From assembly GCA_030704615.1 (NCBI GenBank), contig CM060733.1, forward strand, positions 21,266,001 through 21,330,000: a DNA stretch of 64,000 bases. Direction: 5' to 3'. A program made the translations under genes and the position numbers. Each line of letters opens with the position of its first letter. Positions within the stretch are counted from its first letter, which is position 1. Origin of the DNA: Takakia lepidozioides. Its lineage: Eukaryota; Plantae; Bryophyta. Positions 23,717 through 36,775 of the stretch are shown here, piece by piece. The notes beneath the pieces are model-generated. The model was given only the letters and a program-made list of their open reading frames with translations. It did no database searches and was not told the DNA's origin.

Positions 23717-25149
23717 AATAGCCTGTAACAGCACTTTGGGGGTTAGATCAAGAATTATGGTACAAAACATATGAAGATATAACGGTACATGGGGAAAATG
23801 AGGCAAGAAGATCACAATGTAAAACAAAATGAATAGCAGGAGCATGTGCATCTGAGTTTGTAAGCTGTAGATAAACAGTAGGGGTCACGACAAGGAACGA
23901 GACCTTGTCATATAGATGGGAAGAGAGGTACATGCTGGTCAGACATTGTTTGGTGTTGGTGTAAAAGCAGGTACGACTATGAGAGCACAAAACTATTATG
24001 TGGGAGGGCCAGACATAATAGGGCAGGGGCAGGCCTGCTTTGATAGAGCCATGAGACCATTTACATTGGGTCTGATTTAAAGGAGCGGGCTTGGCAAGCA
24101 GCAGATGCATGGTGAAGTCAAGAGTCCTCAGCTTTGGGAAGGAATCATGCAGCATACAATATGGCAGCACTAGTAAGGGAGAAATAGATAAGTCGAGGTG
24201 GTGACCTGTGCTGAGACTAAGCTCAGGCGGATATAAATTGAGAGGTCTTGTACCTGGATAAGTAAATTGTGTTACCATGGGCGGTGGATGACATGGAGAA
24301 GTCTGTTGAGATTGCTGGTCTTGAGCAGCAGAGTGCCTTTGGGGTTTGTGTGGCTGAGCCTGCTGGACAGTGGGTTGCCACTTAAAGTTGGGAGGCCATC
24401 TGGGACATAACAAATGTACATCAGAGAGTGATGACAATACTTTGTATGCAATGCGAAGTATTTTTATCAAGGAGGAGGGGAGTGGCCAAGACTGGGGAGA
24501 GGGGTGAGTGTGCTCCCTGAGAGTAAAGGGACATTGAGATGATTGGGGACAAAGGTGGAGCCGCCACTGCTGCCACTGCCAGGGCTCCAGAGTGTTCTTA
24601 CTGGCAGCTGCATTCCTGATGCTAGTGTGCTGGTGCTGCGGATGCATTGAGGCACGGGCAGGGATGGTAATCCAGCGGGAAGACATGCGAGTGGAGGGAG
24701 TGGGTGAGCTGGAAAGGTTGAGAGGCCAACAGTTAGGGGTGGCGCCGTCCACAGGGCAATGCTGCTTGGAAAAGAGAGTCACTCGAGCATGGGAGTAGCT
24801 TTTGAAGTCCCAAACATAAGACAAAGCGCTGTTTCCTGCGACAGCAGGGATCTTCATAGAGCAAAAATACTCGGACTGTTGTCTCGCATGAACTGTGCTA
24901 TGGAGCTTTTGCAGTAGTAAGTTACTGACGGCTCCAAGCCTGTCATGTTTCCTGAAGCACTTGACATGCTTCTCTGATGGGATATGCCGAAGGTTGAGAT
25001 CAAGGTGGAGAGGGTTGACGTCAAAATGGGAGGAGGCAAAAAGGCTTGCCTTGTGCTTGGAGTGAATACAGCCACTAACAGCAGCATTGCATCTGAGGGA
25101 GCGGGGGTGGAGTCTCATCAGCTGTCCATGCCGGAGCACCGGGGTGATA

Positions 25150-26500
25150 AAGTTGGCAGCTGCAGCTTGACGTGTATCGTTCATGCTCGCACAGTTGGCA
25201 TACATATCTGCAGGGGCAGTCTCCAGGACGACATCTGTAGCAATTCCAGCTTTGACATGGCCATCCAACCTGGCCTGCTGCTTCTGCCGTGGAGGCAGGG
25301 GTAATTCAACAAGAAGATCTCTACTTAAGAGGCCATAAGCATATTGAGAACCTGGGGAGGGACATTCATCAAACAGGATGGGAGGCAGTAACTGAGTTCC
25401 TGCCATCTCTCAACATAACACCATGATCAAGTAGCTTCCCTTTAGCTTCCTGTGATCGAACTCATCAGCATATCCAGCTATCATTGTATTCCATGAGATC
25501 CCAGCTCGTTTAAGCATTTCATCAAACACATGGCATGCATCATTTAAGCTCCCGCATTTGGCATACATGGCAGAAAGGCAGTCTTGACATCTTGCATAAT
25601 GCTAGCTTTGATGATAACAACATGAAACTCCTTGCCTGATACCTCAGATAACATGTAAATGCTTGGCAGCCTATTTACAAGTTTGAGGCTGGAGACAGGA
25701 ACATCTGAAACATTGAAACTGTTCATCCAACCACCTGTACTCCGATTCAGCTGGGTATTGTTCAGAACGGCATTTGGTACATTTCCAGCTCTGATAATGT
25801 CGCCATGGACCAGAGCTGCCATACTGCTTGCTTGATCATAGGACTCCACGACATCTGTAACAATTCCAGCTTGGACATGGCCAGTCAATCTGGCCTGCTG
25901 CTTCTGTTGTGGATGCAGGGGTACTTCAACAAGACGATCTTTGCTTAGAAGACCATAAGCATAATGAAAATCAATGACAAAAAGTTGAGTAACTGGTGAA
26001 CCATGGCATACATATCAGCAAGGGCAGTCTTCAGAATGATATCAGGTGAGATTCTAGCTTTGATGATGTCAGCATGGACGCCTTTGTCCATTCCCAAGGC
26101 TGCAAGAGTGGCACACGGACTGAGAACACAAATGGGTGTTACATTGTCGGGCTGCACCCCTTTCCATTGCATTTGTACATACATCTCAAAAGCTCCCTAC
26201 CACAACATTGCTGGGCATATCCTACAATGACCGAGCTCCATGAGACCACATCTCGTTGATTCATATTGTTGAACAGTACACGCGCTTCCTTCATGCCCCC
26301 ACATTTGGCATACACATCAGCAAGGGTATTTTTCAGATTCATATATGATGGGATTCCAGCTTTGATGATATCAGCGTGGGCCTCTTTGTCCTTTACCAAG
26401 GCACCAAGACTGGCACACGCATTGAGAACACAAATGAACGTGATCCTGTCTGGTCTCACACCTTCCCGTTGCAATTGCTCATAGATGGCTGGGAACATGC
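25150..26500 (-). pseudogene. PLS-class PPR gene fragments
   Basis: GVRPDRITFICVLNACASLGAL, LADVYAKCGGMKEARVLFNNMNQRDVVSWS and LKTALADMYA motifs with frameshifts. Internal duplication 25225-25342 / 25841-25962. Confidence 0.85.
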
Positions 26501-27419
26501 CCCAAAGCGGTGAGTGTTTGACGGCAGGTGGCAGGCCATGTTGGAGGTTAGGAGAATCATACCGGCGGCCTTGGTGGCTGTCGAGAAATTTGCCATCGTA
26601 TGGTTCAGCAGCCGGGTAACAAAATACGCTGGCCCCGATTCTAGGTCGAGCGGGGTGTGTTTCGTACCTTTCCATCACTGCCCCTTCCTTCCTGTTGTTG
26701 TCGTACTTGTACTGAAACTGTTTGTGGGGGTGGAGGCAAATTATGATGTCATTAATACCACTCAAATTATTGTTGTTCAAAACACCAGCCTGGCCAGCCA
26801 CCATGCATATCTGCCCAGGCCCGTTTCTCCAAGAGCCTTCCTCTACGACCTTGTGCTCATTCATGCCAGATCTGCGGCGTGCAAGGTTAGGGATCACTCC
26901 GCCAGATCTGCCAGATACCGCTCCTGAAACAGCACTAAACTGCATGTTGGTTTTAGCATTCAATCCATCAGCCTGGGAATCACAGCTGAGGTACTGAGTA
27001 AGGAGGCAACCTTGGGGGAGAATCGTCCCATGGAATTCCCCCGGGGGATGCACCAAGGTTTAATGTACCTATCACGTGCGTGAACAGCAGGGGGTTTATT
27101 AAATACCCCCACATACAGACTATGTATATACAAAGGGGTTGGAAAAGTCCTAAAATATATATATATATTTGAGATAATGTTACAGATGTTAGCGTGTAGC
27201 ATACTGGTAAGGTCTTCGCCTGCCACGGCATCCCCTACTCAAATTCCTTTTGAGACGTTTTTTTTTTCCCGCCTAGTACTAAGCCCTATCCGCCGCGCAG
27301 ACCTCGTCCTCGTCCTCGTCCTCTTCTGCTGCGCGCAGGTTGGGGCAGGCCATGTGTCAATCTCTGTCTGCCTAGCTGCACCGTGGTGGTTCTCACAAAG
27401 AAATCCGACAATACCTGAC

Positions 27420-29414
27420 TACAGACACAAGCAACACACACTAGAGGTCCTTTTGGGTTGATGGTCGGTCAAATCCTCCATGGGTCATGACACAAGGTCA
27501 AGAACAACTTGGTGAGGGCAGTAGCTTCTTTGACCTATTTCTGCCTGTTTTCCCCATTAGACTCGGCCCTGAGATGCATGTTGAATTCTATACTTTAGCT
27601 CGTTGGGTGGATCTGTGGTGGTTAGGAGTGACTTTGACAAGTTATTGCCATGGGACAGCAGGAAAATATCCAAAAACAGATAACATAGTTGAGGAGAAAG
27701 CACCTTCTTCAACACATTTCACTCTGTTTTCCCCTCTTATCAGAATCGGCCCGACATTTCTATGTTGAATTCTGCAAGGTAGCTGGTTGAGTGAACCTTT
27801 GGTAGTTTGGAGTGACTTTGAAATGATACTGCCAATGTGACACAAGAAAGTATCCAAAAACAGGTAAACAGGGATGAGGAGAAGCTGTGGGATGAACGAC
27901 CCCAGCCAATGGTGGGACAAACAAGGCAAAACGGTGAATCCCTACAGATTACCAGATGTCATTCTGAAGGCTTCAGGCACAAGCTGCACACACAAGAGGT
28001 TCCTTAGGGTTGATGTTCGGTGAAATCCTCCATGGGTCATGACACAAGGTCAAGGACAATGTGGTGAGTGCATCTTCTTCTTCACCCTATTTCTGCCTGT
28101 TTTACGCTCTCATCAGACTCGGCCTTGAGATGCGTATTGAACTCTGTAAGTTAGCTCGCTGGGTGGATCCGTGGTGGTTAGGAGTGACTTTGACAAGTTA
28201 CTGCTGATGTGGCAGCAGGAAAGTATCCAAAAACAGATCACATAGGGTAGGAGAAGCACCTTCTTCAACACATTTCACCCTGTTTTCCCCGCTTATCAGA
28301 ATCTGCCCTACATTTCCATGTTGAATTCTGCAAGTTAGCTGATTGAGTGAACCTTTGGTAGTTTGGAGTGACTTTGACATGATACTGCCAATGTGACACA
28401 GGAAAGTATCCAAAAACAGGTAAACAGTGATGAGGAGAAGTTGTGGGATGAATACTTTTCTTACCCCAGCCAATGGTGGGACAAACGAGGCAAAAAGGTG
28501 AATGCCTGCAGATAACCACATGTCATTCTGAAGGCTTCAGGCGCAAGCACACACACAAGGTCCTTTAGGGTTGATGTTCGGTGAAATCCTCCATGGGTCA
28601 TGACACAAGGTCAAGGACAATGTGGTGAGGGCACCTTCTTCTTCAACCTATTTCTGTCTGTTTTACCCTCTCATCAGATTCGGCCCTAAGATGCATATTG
28701 AACTCTGTAAGTTAGCTCGTTGGGTGGATATGTGGTGGTTAGGAGTGACTTTGACAAGTTACTGCCGATGTGGCAGCAGGAAAGTATCCAAAAACAGATC
28801 ACATAGGGTAGGAGAAGCACCTTCTTCAACACATTTCACCCTGTTTTCCCCTCTTATCAGAATCTGCCCTAAATTTCCATGTTGAATTCTGCAAGTTAGC
28901 TGTGAGTGAACCTTTAATGGTAGTTTGGAATGACTTTGACATGATATTGCCAATGTGACACAGGAAAGTACTTGTGGGATGAATACTTTTCTGACCCCAG
29001 TCAATGGTGGGACAAACGAGGCAAAAAGGTGAATGCCTGCAGATTACCAGATGTCATTCTGAATGCTGCAGACTCGGCCCTGAGATGGTTCGTTGGGTGG
29101 ATCTGTGGTGGTTAGGAGAGACTTTGACAAGTTACTGCCAGTGTGGCAGCAGGAAAGTAACCAAAAACAGATAACATTGGATGAGGAGAAGGCACCTTCT
29201 TTACACATTTCACCCTGTTTTCCCCTCTTATCAGAATTTGCCCTAAATTTCCATGTTGAATTTTGCATGTTAGCTGGTACTTTGGTAGTTTGGAGTGACT
29301 TTGACATGATACAGCCTATGTGACAACAGGAAAGTATCCAAATTAAACAGGTAACAGAGATGAGGAGAAGCTGTGGTATAAATACTTTTCTGACCCCAGT
29401 CAATGGTGGGACAA
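27420..29414 (+). repeat. tandem array of ~550-560 bp units, each with two related ~180 bp subunits
   Basis: The marker AAATCCTCCATGGGTCATGACACAAGG recurs at ~27471, 28023 and 28584. A partial fourth unit spans ~29070-29414. Confidence 0.9.
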
Positions 29415-29865
29415 CGTTGATTCGGCCTTCCAATGTAGAAATAGGTTTAGCTTGGTACCAAAAAGTGAAAGGATCATTTTACTCCTATGATTTGACGCAC
29501 AATATGATGGTTGATCTAGAGTCTATCATAGCATTAGCCTTTTTAAAGTATGATGCAGCCTCTAATAGGTACAAGCTCGATCCAAATGATAGAACAGTTT
29601 TTAACAACTTTAATTTGACGCTAATTTTTATTTGTTATACAAGTCATTTTAAATATTTTTTAAATCTGATGTAAAAATTTTGTATTAAAAATTATACATA
29701 AATAAAGGGTTTATTATATTCTGAATCAACACATGAATACATACAGCAGGGTGTTGTTGTCCATTAATTTTTTTTAATATAAATACTTTAGGGGGTTTAA
29801 TAAATTTTAAAATGTATGTATACATATGATAAATTCATGAAGTAACCTATATACAGGGGTATTTT

Positions 29866-30744
29866 TTATTGACTAATGCATGCACGTGATATGGTCTTTT
29901 TATGAAGAGTGCACCCTCCGGGGGAATGCCTTGAAGCCAAAAGGGGCCAGTCTGAAATAAAGTTGCCCTGATGGGTTGCGTTGCCAGAAAAGCTCAGCAC
30001 CCCGCCACTGCCTAGCAATGAGTTGCCCTGCAACGGCACCAAACTTAGGTCCTCGGTGGTTATCTGTAGTTGAAGAGCTCTGGGGCAGGTTGCGTGGCAG
30101 ACACCAGTTGTGAGGGCTCTTGCGGTGTACTCATAAGCTGCAGATTTAGCGTTGCACACCTTGGTCCATTTTGTGACCTCTTTCACTGGGAACACGGTAC
30201 GGCCAGGCATGTAAAACAGTCGATTGGAAACACCAGGGGGATATCGTTTGTACCGCTCCAGATGGAGATCGAACATGGTGTAGTGCAAAGTCTTCAAAAC
30301 ATGTAGCAAGCATCGTGCGAAGAGATCTTCAAGCAAGTGGGTTTGTGTATAGCCCACCGTAGACACTAGTCTACAGACGGGAAAATGGGCACCCTGCATA
30401 GTTCTAGGATAATCATAGTGTCCCGCACTTCGTTCCACAAAATCGCAGAAGATACATAGTGAATACAGGGTGGGGAGAACGAAACCTGTAAGGGCGCCCG
30501 CAGCACCATCGTAGTATAATGGGAGCTCTAGGAATAACTCGGATTGGGGCTTAGTAGCTTCAACCTTCGTAGTAAGCCAATGTAGTTGGTGCGTAGGAGC
30601 TCGAGTGCGCAAAGAAGCGTAGATCCTATCCTGATACAGAGGGGGTGGGTGGAAAAACTTCCACCCGCGTATCGGGTCATCCACTAGAAGAAAAACGCGG
30701 AATAACCACTTTGTTAACCACTCATTTTGAGTGGTAAAAAACAC
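29866..30744 (-). CDS. uncharacterised ORF directly inside a CACTA terminus
   Basis: 292-codon open frame with protein-like composition. No recognised motif; the start is uncertain. Confidence 0.35.
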   Translation of the reverse strand: MFFTTQNEWLTKWLFRVFLLVDDPIRGWKFFHPPPLYQDRIYASLRTRAPTHQLHWLTTKVEATKPQSELFLELPLYYDGAAGALTGFVLPTLYSLCIFCDFVERSAGHYDYPRTMQGAHFPVCRLVSTVGYTQTHLLEDLFARCLLHVLKTLHYTMFDLHLERYKRYPPGVSNRLFYMPGRTVFPVKEVTKWTKVCNAKSAAYEYTARALTTGVCHATCPRALQLQITTEDLSLVPLQGNSLLGSGGVLSFSGNATHQGNFISDWPLLASRHSPGGCTLHKKTISRACISQ

Positions 30745-30947
30745 TAAACCACTCTGGCCCCAGAGTGATGAAGAACCAGTGGATTAGGACAAGTGAGTGG
30801 TAAAAGATATTATGTGGCACCAGTGGTTAAGGACAGTGGTTCGAACCACTCACGTCCGGGTCCACCTGTTAGCTGACGTGTCACTGAGGTAAACCAGCCA
30901 CTTATGACGTGTCATAGTGGTAAAGTAACCACTTCCGTTTTGTAGTG
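30705..30947 (-). mobile_element. CACTA terminus with subterminal repeats
   Basis: Reverse complement reads CACTACAAAACGGAAGTGG, followed by many AGTGGT/ACCACT motifs. The partner end was not found. Confidence 0.75.
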
Positions 30948-30949
30948 GA

Positions 30950-33480
30950 GATGTGTACGCCGGTGGTCTGTGGATGATATTGGAGATTATGTCGACATGT
31001 GGCGACACTCTCAGCATGGACACGTGTCGTGTGTCAGTGCTACGAAATGGATGGAGTGAAAAATTCAATGACTTCCGAAACCACTTATTGAGTGATCACA
31101 AAATGACTCACAGAGTCATTCTATAAAAACTGAGAATATACAATATCACTCACAGAGTGGTTATGTGAGTGGATGACGTCTCTCAGCAGGTCATTGGAAT
31201 GATTACCCATAGAGTGGTGTGTAAGCTATTTGAGTCATTCATGGTGTCTCTCTGAGTTGGGAACTATTGGTTGGAGTGATTACTAACAGAGTGGTGTGTA
31301 AGTGATTAGGAATACCACTAGAGGAATTCATACCACTAGTACAGTAATATATATGTGACTACATATAGCACTATACGAGTGGTAATGTAGGCAATTGTGT
31401 GCATTTGGCTACTCCCACAGTTTTTAATTATACCATTGTACAGTGATGTGCAAGTGATTATGAACATGACTAGAGGAAAACATACCAATAGTGTAGTGAA
31501 AGAAGTACCATTGGGGATTCAAGCTCCACAAAATAGAATAGAATCCCAGAGAGTTAAGTGCTGGAACACTGTCAACAAAATCCAGCCATGATAAAAGTCT
31601 GAGCCTAACTTCTACACGGCGTCTCCGCATGCATGCTAGGAACACTGAACTGTTTTCCTGCCTTCTTCTCACTGCCAGCAATATCTATGCCCGGGCGAAC
31701 GAAATCTAAGCCCTCTTCATGTTCTTCTCTAGCCAAAGACAATTCAGACCGACGACATCCTCCAACATTGTTTGCAGTGGGACCTCTTCCTCGTTAGGGT
31801 GAGGCAAGACACAATTGGCAATATAGATATCATTCACCTCAACCCGCCACAATCCTTCAGGTATAACACGGCAGTGATATGTGTCTATGCCAGGCACACC
31901 AGTGACAATTCCACTAGCAACCCTGTGTCGTGGTAAATGAGGATCATACAGGCTGATTCTGTCCTTCAACTTAAACTGCACACAGCACCCACCATAAAAC
32001 CCACATTAATCAACCCATGAAGACTTACATGTACATTGAAAACTAGATAATGAGGACCGTCCAGTATAAGCAATCACTCAAAATGTAGAGTACTTTTGGT
32101 AGCATAAGAATATCTGCCACTGTCGCAGTGGGGTTGATATTTGGGGGTTGCCTTTGAAGGCGCCGTAGTTGGTGCACTGTCGGTGGCAAAATCAAGAGTG
32201 GCTTTCTCAGCCTGCAAACATCACCCCCTTAGCAGTTACATTTAGCAATGCATCTACTAATAGTTTGAAGTACCCAATATGTAAATGGCCATATTGTACA
32301 GAACTGATAGCCAACAGGTGCATGCATGCTCACCTCTAGTACGGAAACTGCTGCATGGAGAGGTGCCTCCTGAAGTCCACCTGACTCTTACTCCCGCTAG
32401 AACTTGATGTTATGTCACCATTTGCATCAGTCAAGGACTTTCTGCCTTTGGCAGCAGTGGCTCTGGTTACACGCTCTCCTTTTCGCATGTACTTCTTCTC
32501 AACTCCCTTCACAATGGCTGGGGCAGGGTCCTCTGCTTTAGTCCCCTTCTACATGCCAACAAAACAACAAGGTATAGTACATGAGTACATCTTACCATAC
32601 CTGATGCATAGAATTCATGGCACACACCAATAAATAGATCATTCATGAATCAGAGTAAAAAACAGAAAGCCCAAGGACAGGAACCAAGATAAAGTCTTTG
32701 AGGGCGTACCTCTTTCTGTGGGGAAGTTGGCTTCACATGCTGATCTGCCAACCCCCTACTGTCACCCTTACCAGCACTCTCGGTGGAGCAGACGTCCTCA
32801 CCAGCAGCCAATATTGTTGTCCCGCCAGCTCCACCTCCCTTCTTACGTGGCAATTTATCAGGAATTCCCTTGCGTCCCAATTTTACTTGGGTCACCACAA
32901 GGTCCTCAATGGCAGACGACTTTGGTTTTTCCCCAACCTCAAGAGGTTTTCCCTGCACCCAAGCAAAACATACCAGAGCAGTAAACTTCAAAGTCAACTA
33001 ACACTGAATGGATGACAACCACAAAAATAAGTTGGGGTGAAGGTACACAAACCACCTTCTCCGTAGCAGTCTTGCCTCCCAAGCCTGCATCGGAATCGCA
33101 AGGTTCAATAACAGTACATATTGGGATAGTAGTTGGAGGAGGGGTGGTTGCTGACACCAACATCATTGCCATCAATGCATCCACTTGCAGCCTAACACAA
33201 GCCCCACCACCCCACAAAGTTAGCAATTATGGAAAATAAGGTCAACCGGGCAACGAGCAAGGTCGGCAGTTCGTGAACGCATACAAACCTTGGTCCAACG
33301 TGCCAAAAAAAAGTTTGGCATCCAATGGCGTGAATGCATGGAACCTTGGTTTGATATATAACATTTACCACCATATATGCAGATTGTAAACTCATCACAA
33401 AAGCAGATTGCAGGTCTGGAGATAAATCTCCGGAACCAGGCTCAAAGCATATCAGGTTCGAAATGAAACAATCAGCCACT
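30950..33480 (-). mobile_element. CACTA remnant: 3' exons of a TNP1/TnpA-like gene plus GAGTGG-type subterminal repeats
   Basis: Last exon 31706-~31975 reads VASGIV...YHCRVIPEGLWRVEV...LPHP...LEDVVGLNCLW, like the TNP1 C-terminal domain. Repeats at 31080-31400. Confidence 0.7.
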
Positions 33481-33502
33481 CATGCCTTAAGTTCATGAAG
33501 TT

Positions 33503-33750
33503 TTTGCCTCGGTTGTCCCACCATTGACTGGGGTCAGAAAAGTATTCATTCCACAGCTTCTCCTCGTCTCAGCTGTTACCTGTTTCTGGATACTTCCCTG
33601 TTGTCACATTGGCAGTACCATGTCAAAGTCGCTCCAAACTATCAAAGGCTCGCTCAACCAGCTAACTTGCAGAATTCAACATGAAAATTTAGGGCCGATT
33701 CTGATAAGAGGGAAAAACAGGGTGAAATGTGTTGAAGAAGATGCCTTCAT
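33503..33750 (-). repeat. inverted copy of the 560-bp unit
   Basis: Reverse complement matches ~29190-29414 and 28260-28500. A further partial copy lies at ~34780-34950. Confidence 0.85.
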
Positions 33751-33849
33751 TACCAGTGCCTGAGTTTATCATTGTGTCGATGCTGCTGCGGCTTCTAGTT
33801 GACCAGTCATCATCTACCCATGCAGGTTTCTTGTAGCTATTGATCCATC

Positions 33850-36775
33850 TGGTACATTTCCAGCTTTGGTGATGCAACCATGCACCTCCGGCCCTTTTCC
33901 AGGGCTGCCAGGGTTGCACACGCACTGCAAATGCACACAAACATGATGTGGTCGAACTTCACCCCTTCCCCCATCATTTGCTTTCAGGTCTTCAAAGCCC
34001 CAAACAGCGCTCTTGCTCTGCACACCCTGCAAGCATCACATTTCACAACACCACATCTCATTCAGCCATAGTGTTGAACACTCCCTTGGCATCCTCAATG
34101 CTAGCATATTTGGCATACATGGCCACCAGAGCAGTGTTCAGGATGACATCTGGAACAATTGCAGATTTGATCATGTCACCAGGGATCTCTTTGCCCTTTT
34201 CCAGGGCTGCCAGACACACTGCAAACACACACAAACCTTATGTCGGCGGGCTTCACCCCTTCCCCCATCATTTGCTCATAGGTTGGAGCCTCCATCCCGC
34301 ACCCCTGCTGTGCATACCCCGCAAGCATCGCACTCCACGACACCACATCTCGTTCAGCCATAGTGTTGAACACTCCCTTGGCATCCTCAATGCACCCACA
34401 TTTGGCATACATGTCCACCAGGGCAGGGGCAGTGTTCAAAATGACATCTGGTAATCTGACAAACATTCTCCTTTTAGAATTGTTCCAGCAAATGCCCCAA
34501 CCCTATTGACTTAGAGGCTGTAGTGTCCAAAGCCATGTCCGTTTCCAGAAAATCGTCTGATGAAAATGAAGTTAGACAGAAAACTTCCCTGGACTTGTTT
34601 CCAGTCTGTGACATGGGGGAGGACATCATGGATGACCTCAAGGGTCTACCCACTCTCGGCACCAGACTGAAATTTAAACTAAGGGCAGGAATCCTACCTT
34701 TGAATAAAGGGAGAATGCAATTGCACCCAACTCAACTTATCACACTAGTTCCTACGGTCAATTGCATTTGCTACACTCTGTAATCTGACAGGCATTCACC
34801 TTTTTGCCTCGGTTGTCCTACTAGTTACTGGGGTCAGAAAATTATTCATCCCACAGCTTCTTCTCATATCTGTTACCTGTTTTTGGATACTTAGGGACGA
34901 CTCTGATAGCAGGGGATTTCAGGGTGAAATATGTTGAAGAAGGTACCTTCATTAGCAGTGGGCCTTGTTCTATCAATTGCGCTGCTGCCATTGTTGTTTC
35001 CAGTTGACCATCTACCCACTCGTAGCCGTTGTGCTATTGAAGAAAGTGCCCCCCCTTCCCCCATCATTTGCTCATAGCTCTCCAAAGCCTCCATCCCACG
35101 TCCCTGCCGTGCATACCATGCAAGCATCGCACTCCATGACACCACATCTCGTTCAGCCATAGTGTCGAACACTCCATGTTCACCAGGGTTTTGTTCAGAA
35201 TGACATCTGGTACAATTCCAACTCTGAAGATGTCGCCATGGACCTCTTTCCCCTAAGCTGCCAGGGCAGTGTTCAGATTCACATTTGGCACAATTCTAGC
35301 TTTGATGATATCCCCATGCACCTCTTGCCCTTCTCCAGGCCGGCTGCCAGGCTTGCACAAACATTGCAAATGCACACAAACATGATGTGCTTCCCCCATC
35401 ATTTGCTCATAGCTCTCCAAAGCCTCCATCCCACGTCCCTGCCGTGCATACCCTGCAAGCATCGCACTCCACGACACCACACCTTGTTCAGCCATAGTGT
35501 CGAACACTCCCTTTGCATCCTAGATGCACCCACATTTTGCAAACATGTTCACCAGGGTATTGTTCAGAATGACATCTGGTACAATTCCAACTCTGAAGAT
35601 ATCGCCATGGACCTCTCTTTCCCCTTTCCAAAGCTGCTAGGGCAGTGTTCAGATTGACATTTGGCACAATTCCAGCTTTGATGATACCCCATGCACTTCT
35701 TTGCCCTCGTCTAGGCTCGATGCACCCACATTTCGCATACATGTCCACTAGGGTATGGTTCAGACTGACATTTGGTACAATTCCAGCTCTGAAGATGTCG
35801 CCATGGACCTCTTTCCCCTTTTCCAAAGCTGCCAGGGCAGTGTTCAGATTCACATTTGGTACAATTCCAGCTTTGATGATATCCCCATGCACCTCTTTGC
35901 CCTTCTCTAGGCCGGCTGCCAGGCTTGCTCAAGCATTGCAAATGCACACAAACATGATGTGCTTCCCCCATCATTTCCTCATAGCTCTCCAAAGCCTCCA
36001 TTCCATATCCTTGTGCATACCCTGCAAGCACATCATATTGCACTCCACGACACCACATGTCGTTCAGCCATAGTGTCGAACACTCCCTTTGCATCCTAGA
36101 TGCACCCACATTTTGAAAACATGTCCACCAGGGTATTGTTCAGAATGTCATCTGGTACAATTCCAGCTTTGAAGATGTCGCCATGCACCTCTTTCCCCTT
36201 TTCCAAAGCTGCCAGGGCAGTGTTCAGACTGGCATTTGGCACAATTCCAGCTTTGATGATATCCCTATGCACCTCTTGCCCTTCTCCAGGGCTGCTAGGC
36301 TTGCACGCACATTGCAAATGCACACAAACATGATGTGCTTCCCCCATCATTTGCTCATAGCTCTCCAAAGCCTCCATCCCACGTCCCTGCCGTGCATACC
36401 CTTCAAGCATCGCACTCCACGACACCACATCTCGTTCAGCCATAGTGTCAAACACTCCCTTTGAATCCTAGATGCACCCACATTTTGCAAACATGTTCAC
36501 CAGGGTATTGCTCAGAATGACATCTGATACAATTCTAGCTCTGAAGATGATGCCATGGACCTCTTTCCCCTTTTCCAAAGCTGCCAGGGTAGTGTTCAGA
36601 TTGACATTTGGCACAATTCCAACTTTGATGATATCCCCATGCACCTCTTGCCCTTCTCCAAGGCTGTCAGGCTTGCACAAGCATTGCAAATGCACACAAA
36701 CACGATGTGCTTCCCCCATCATTTGCTCATAGGTCTCCAAAGCCTCCATCCCACGTCCCTGCCGTGCATACCCTG
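33850..36775 (-). pseudogene. PLS-class PPR remnant amplified as a ~370 bp tandem array (about 35050-36775)
   Basis: Repeated VFDTMAERDVVSWSAMLAGYARQGRGMEALESYEQM and GIVPNVNLNTAL/LVDMFAKCGCI. The unit marker CACAAACA(T/C)GATGTGCTTCCCCCATC is at ~35375, 35947, 36324 and 36695. Confidence 0.9.

Noticed and set aside
23748-25406. 552-aa ORF as a real gene
   Set aside because: Only one PPR scrap is recognisable. The rest has no domain signal and looks like a chance or chimeric frame.
26139-27056. 305-aa ORF as an intact PPR gene
   Set aside because: An unrelated N-terminal half is fused to about two PPR motifs, followed by a frameshift.
34470-34775. LINE 3' fragment (GTRLKFKLRAGILPL)
   Set aside because: Plausible but rests on one short motif.
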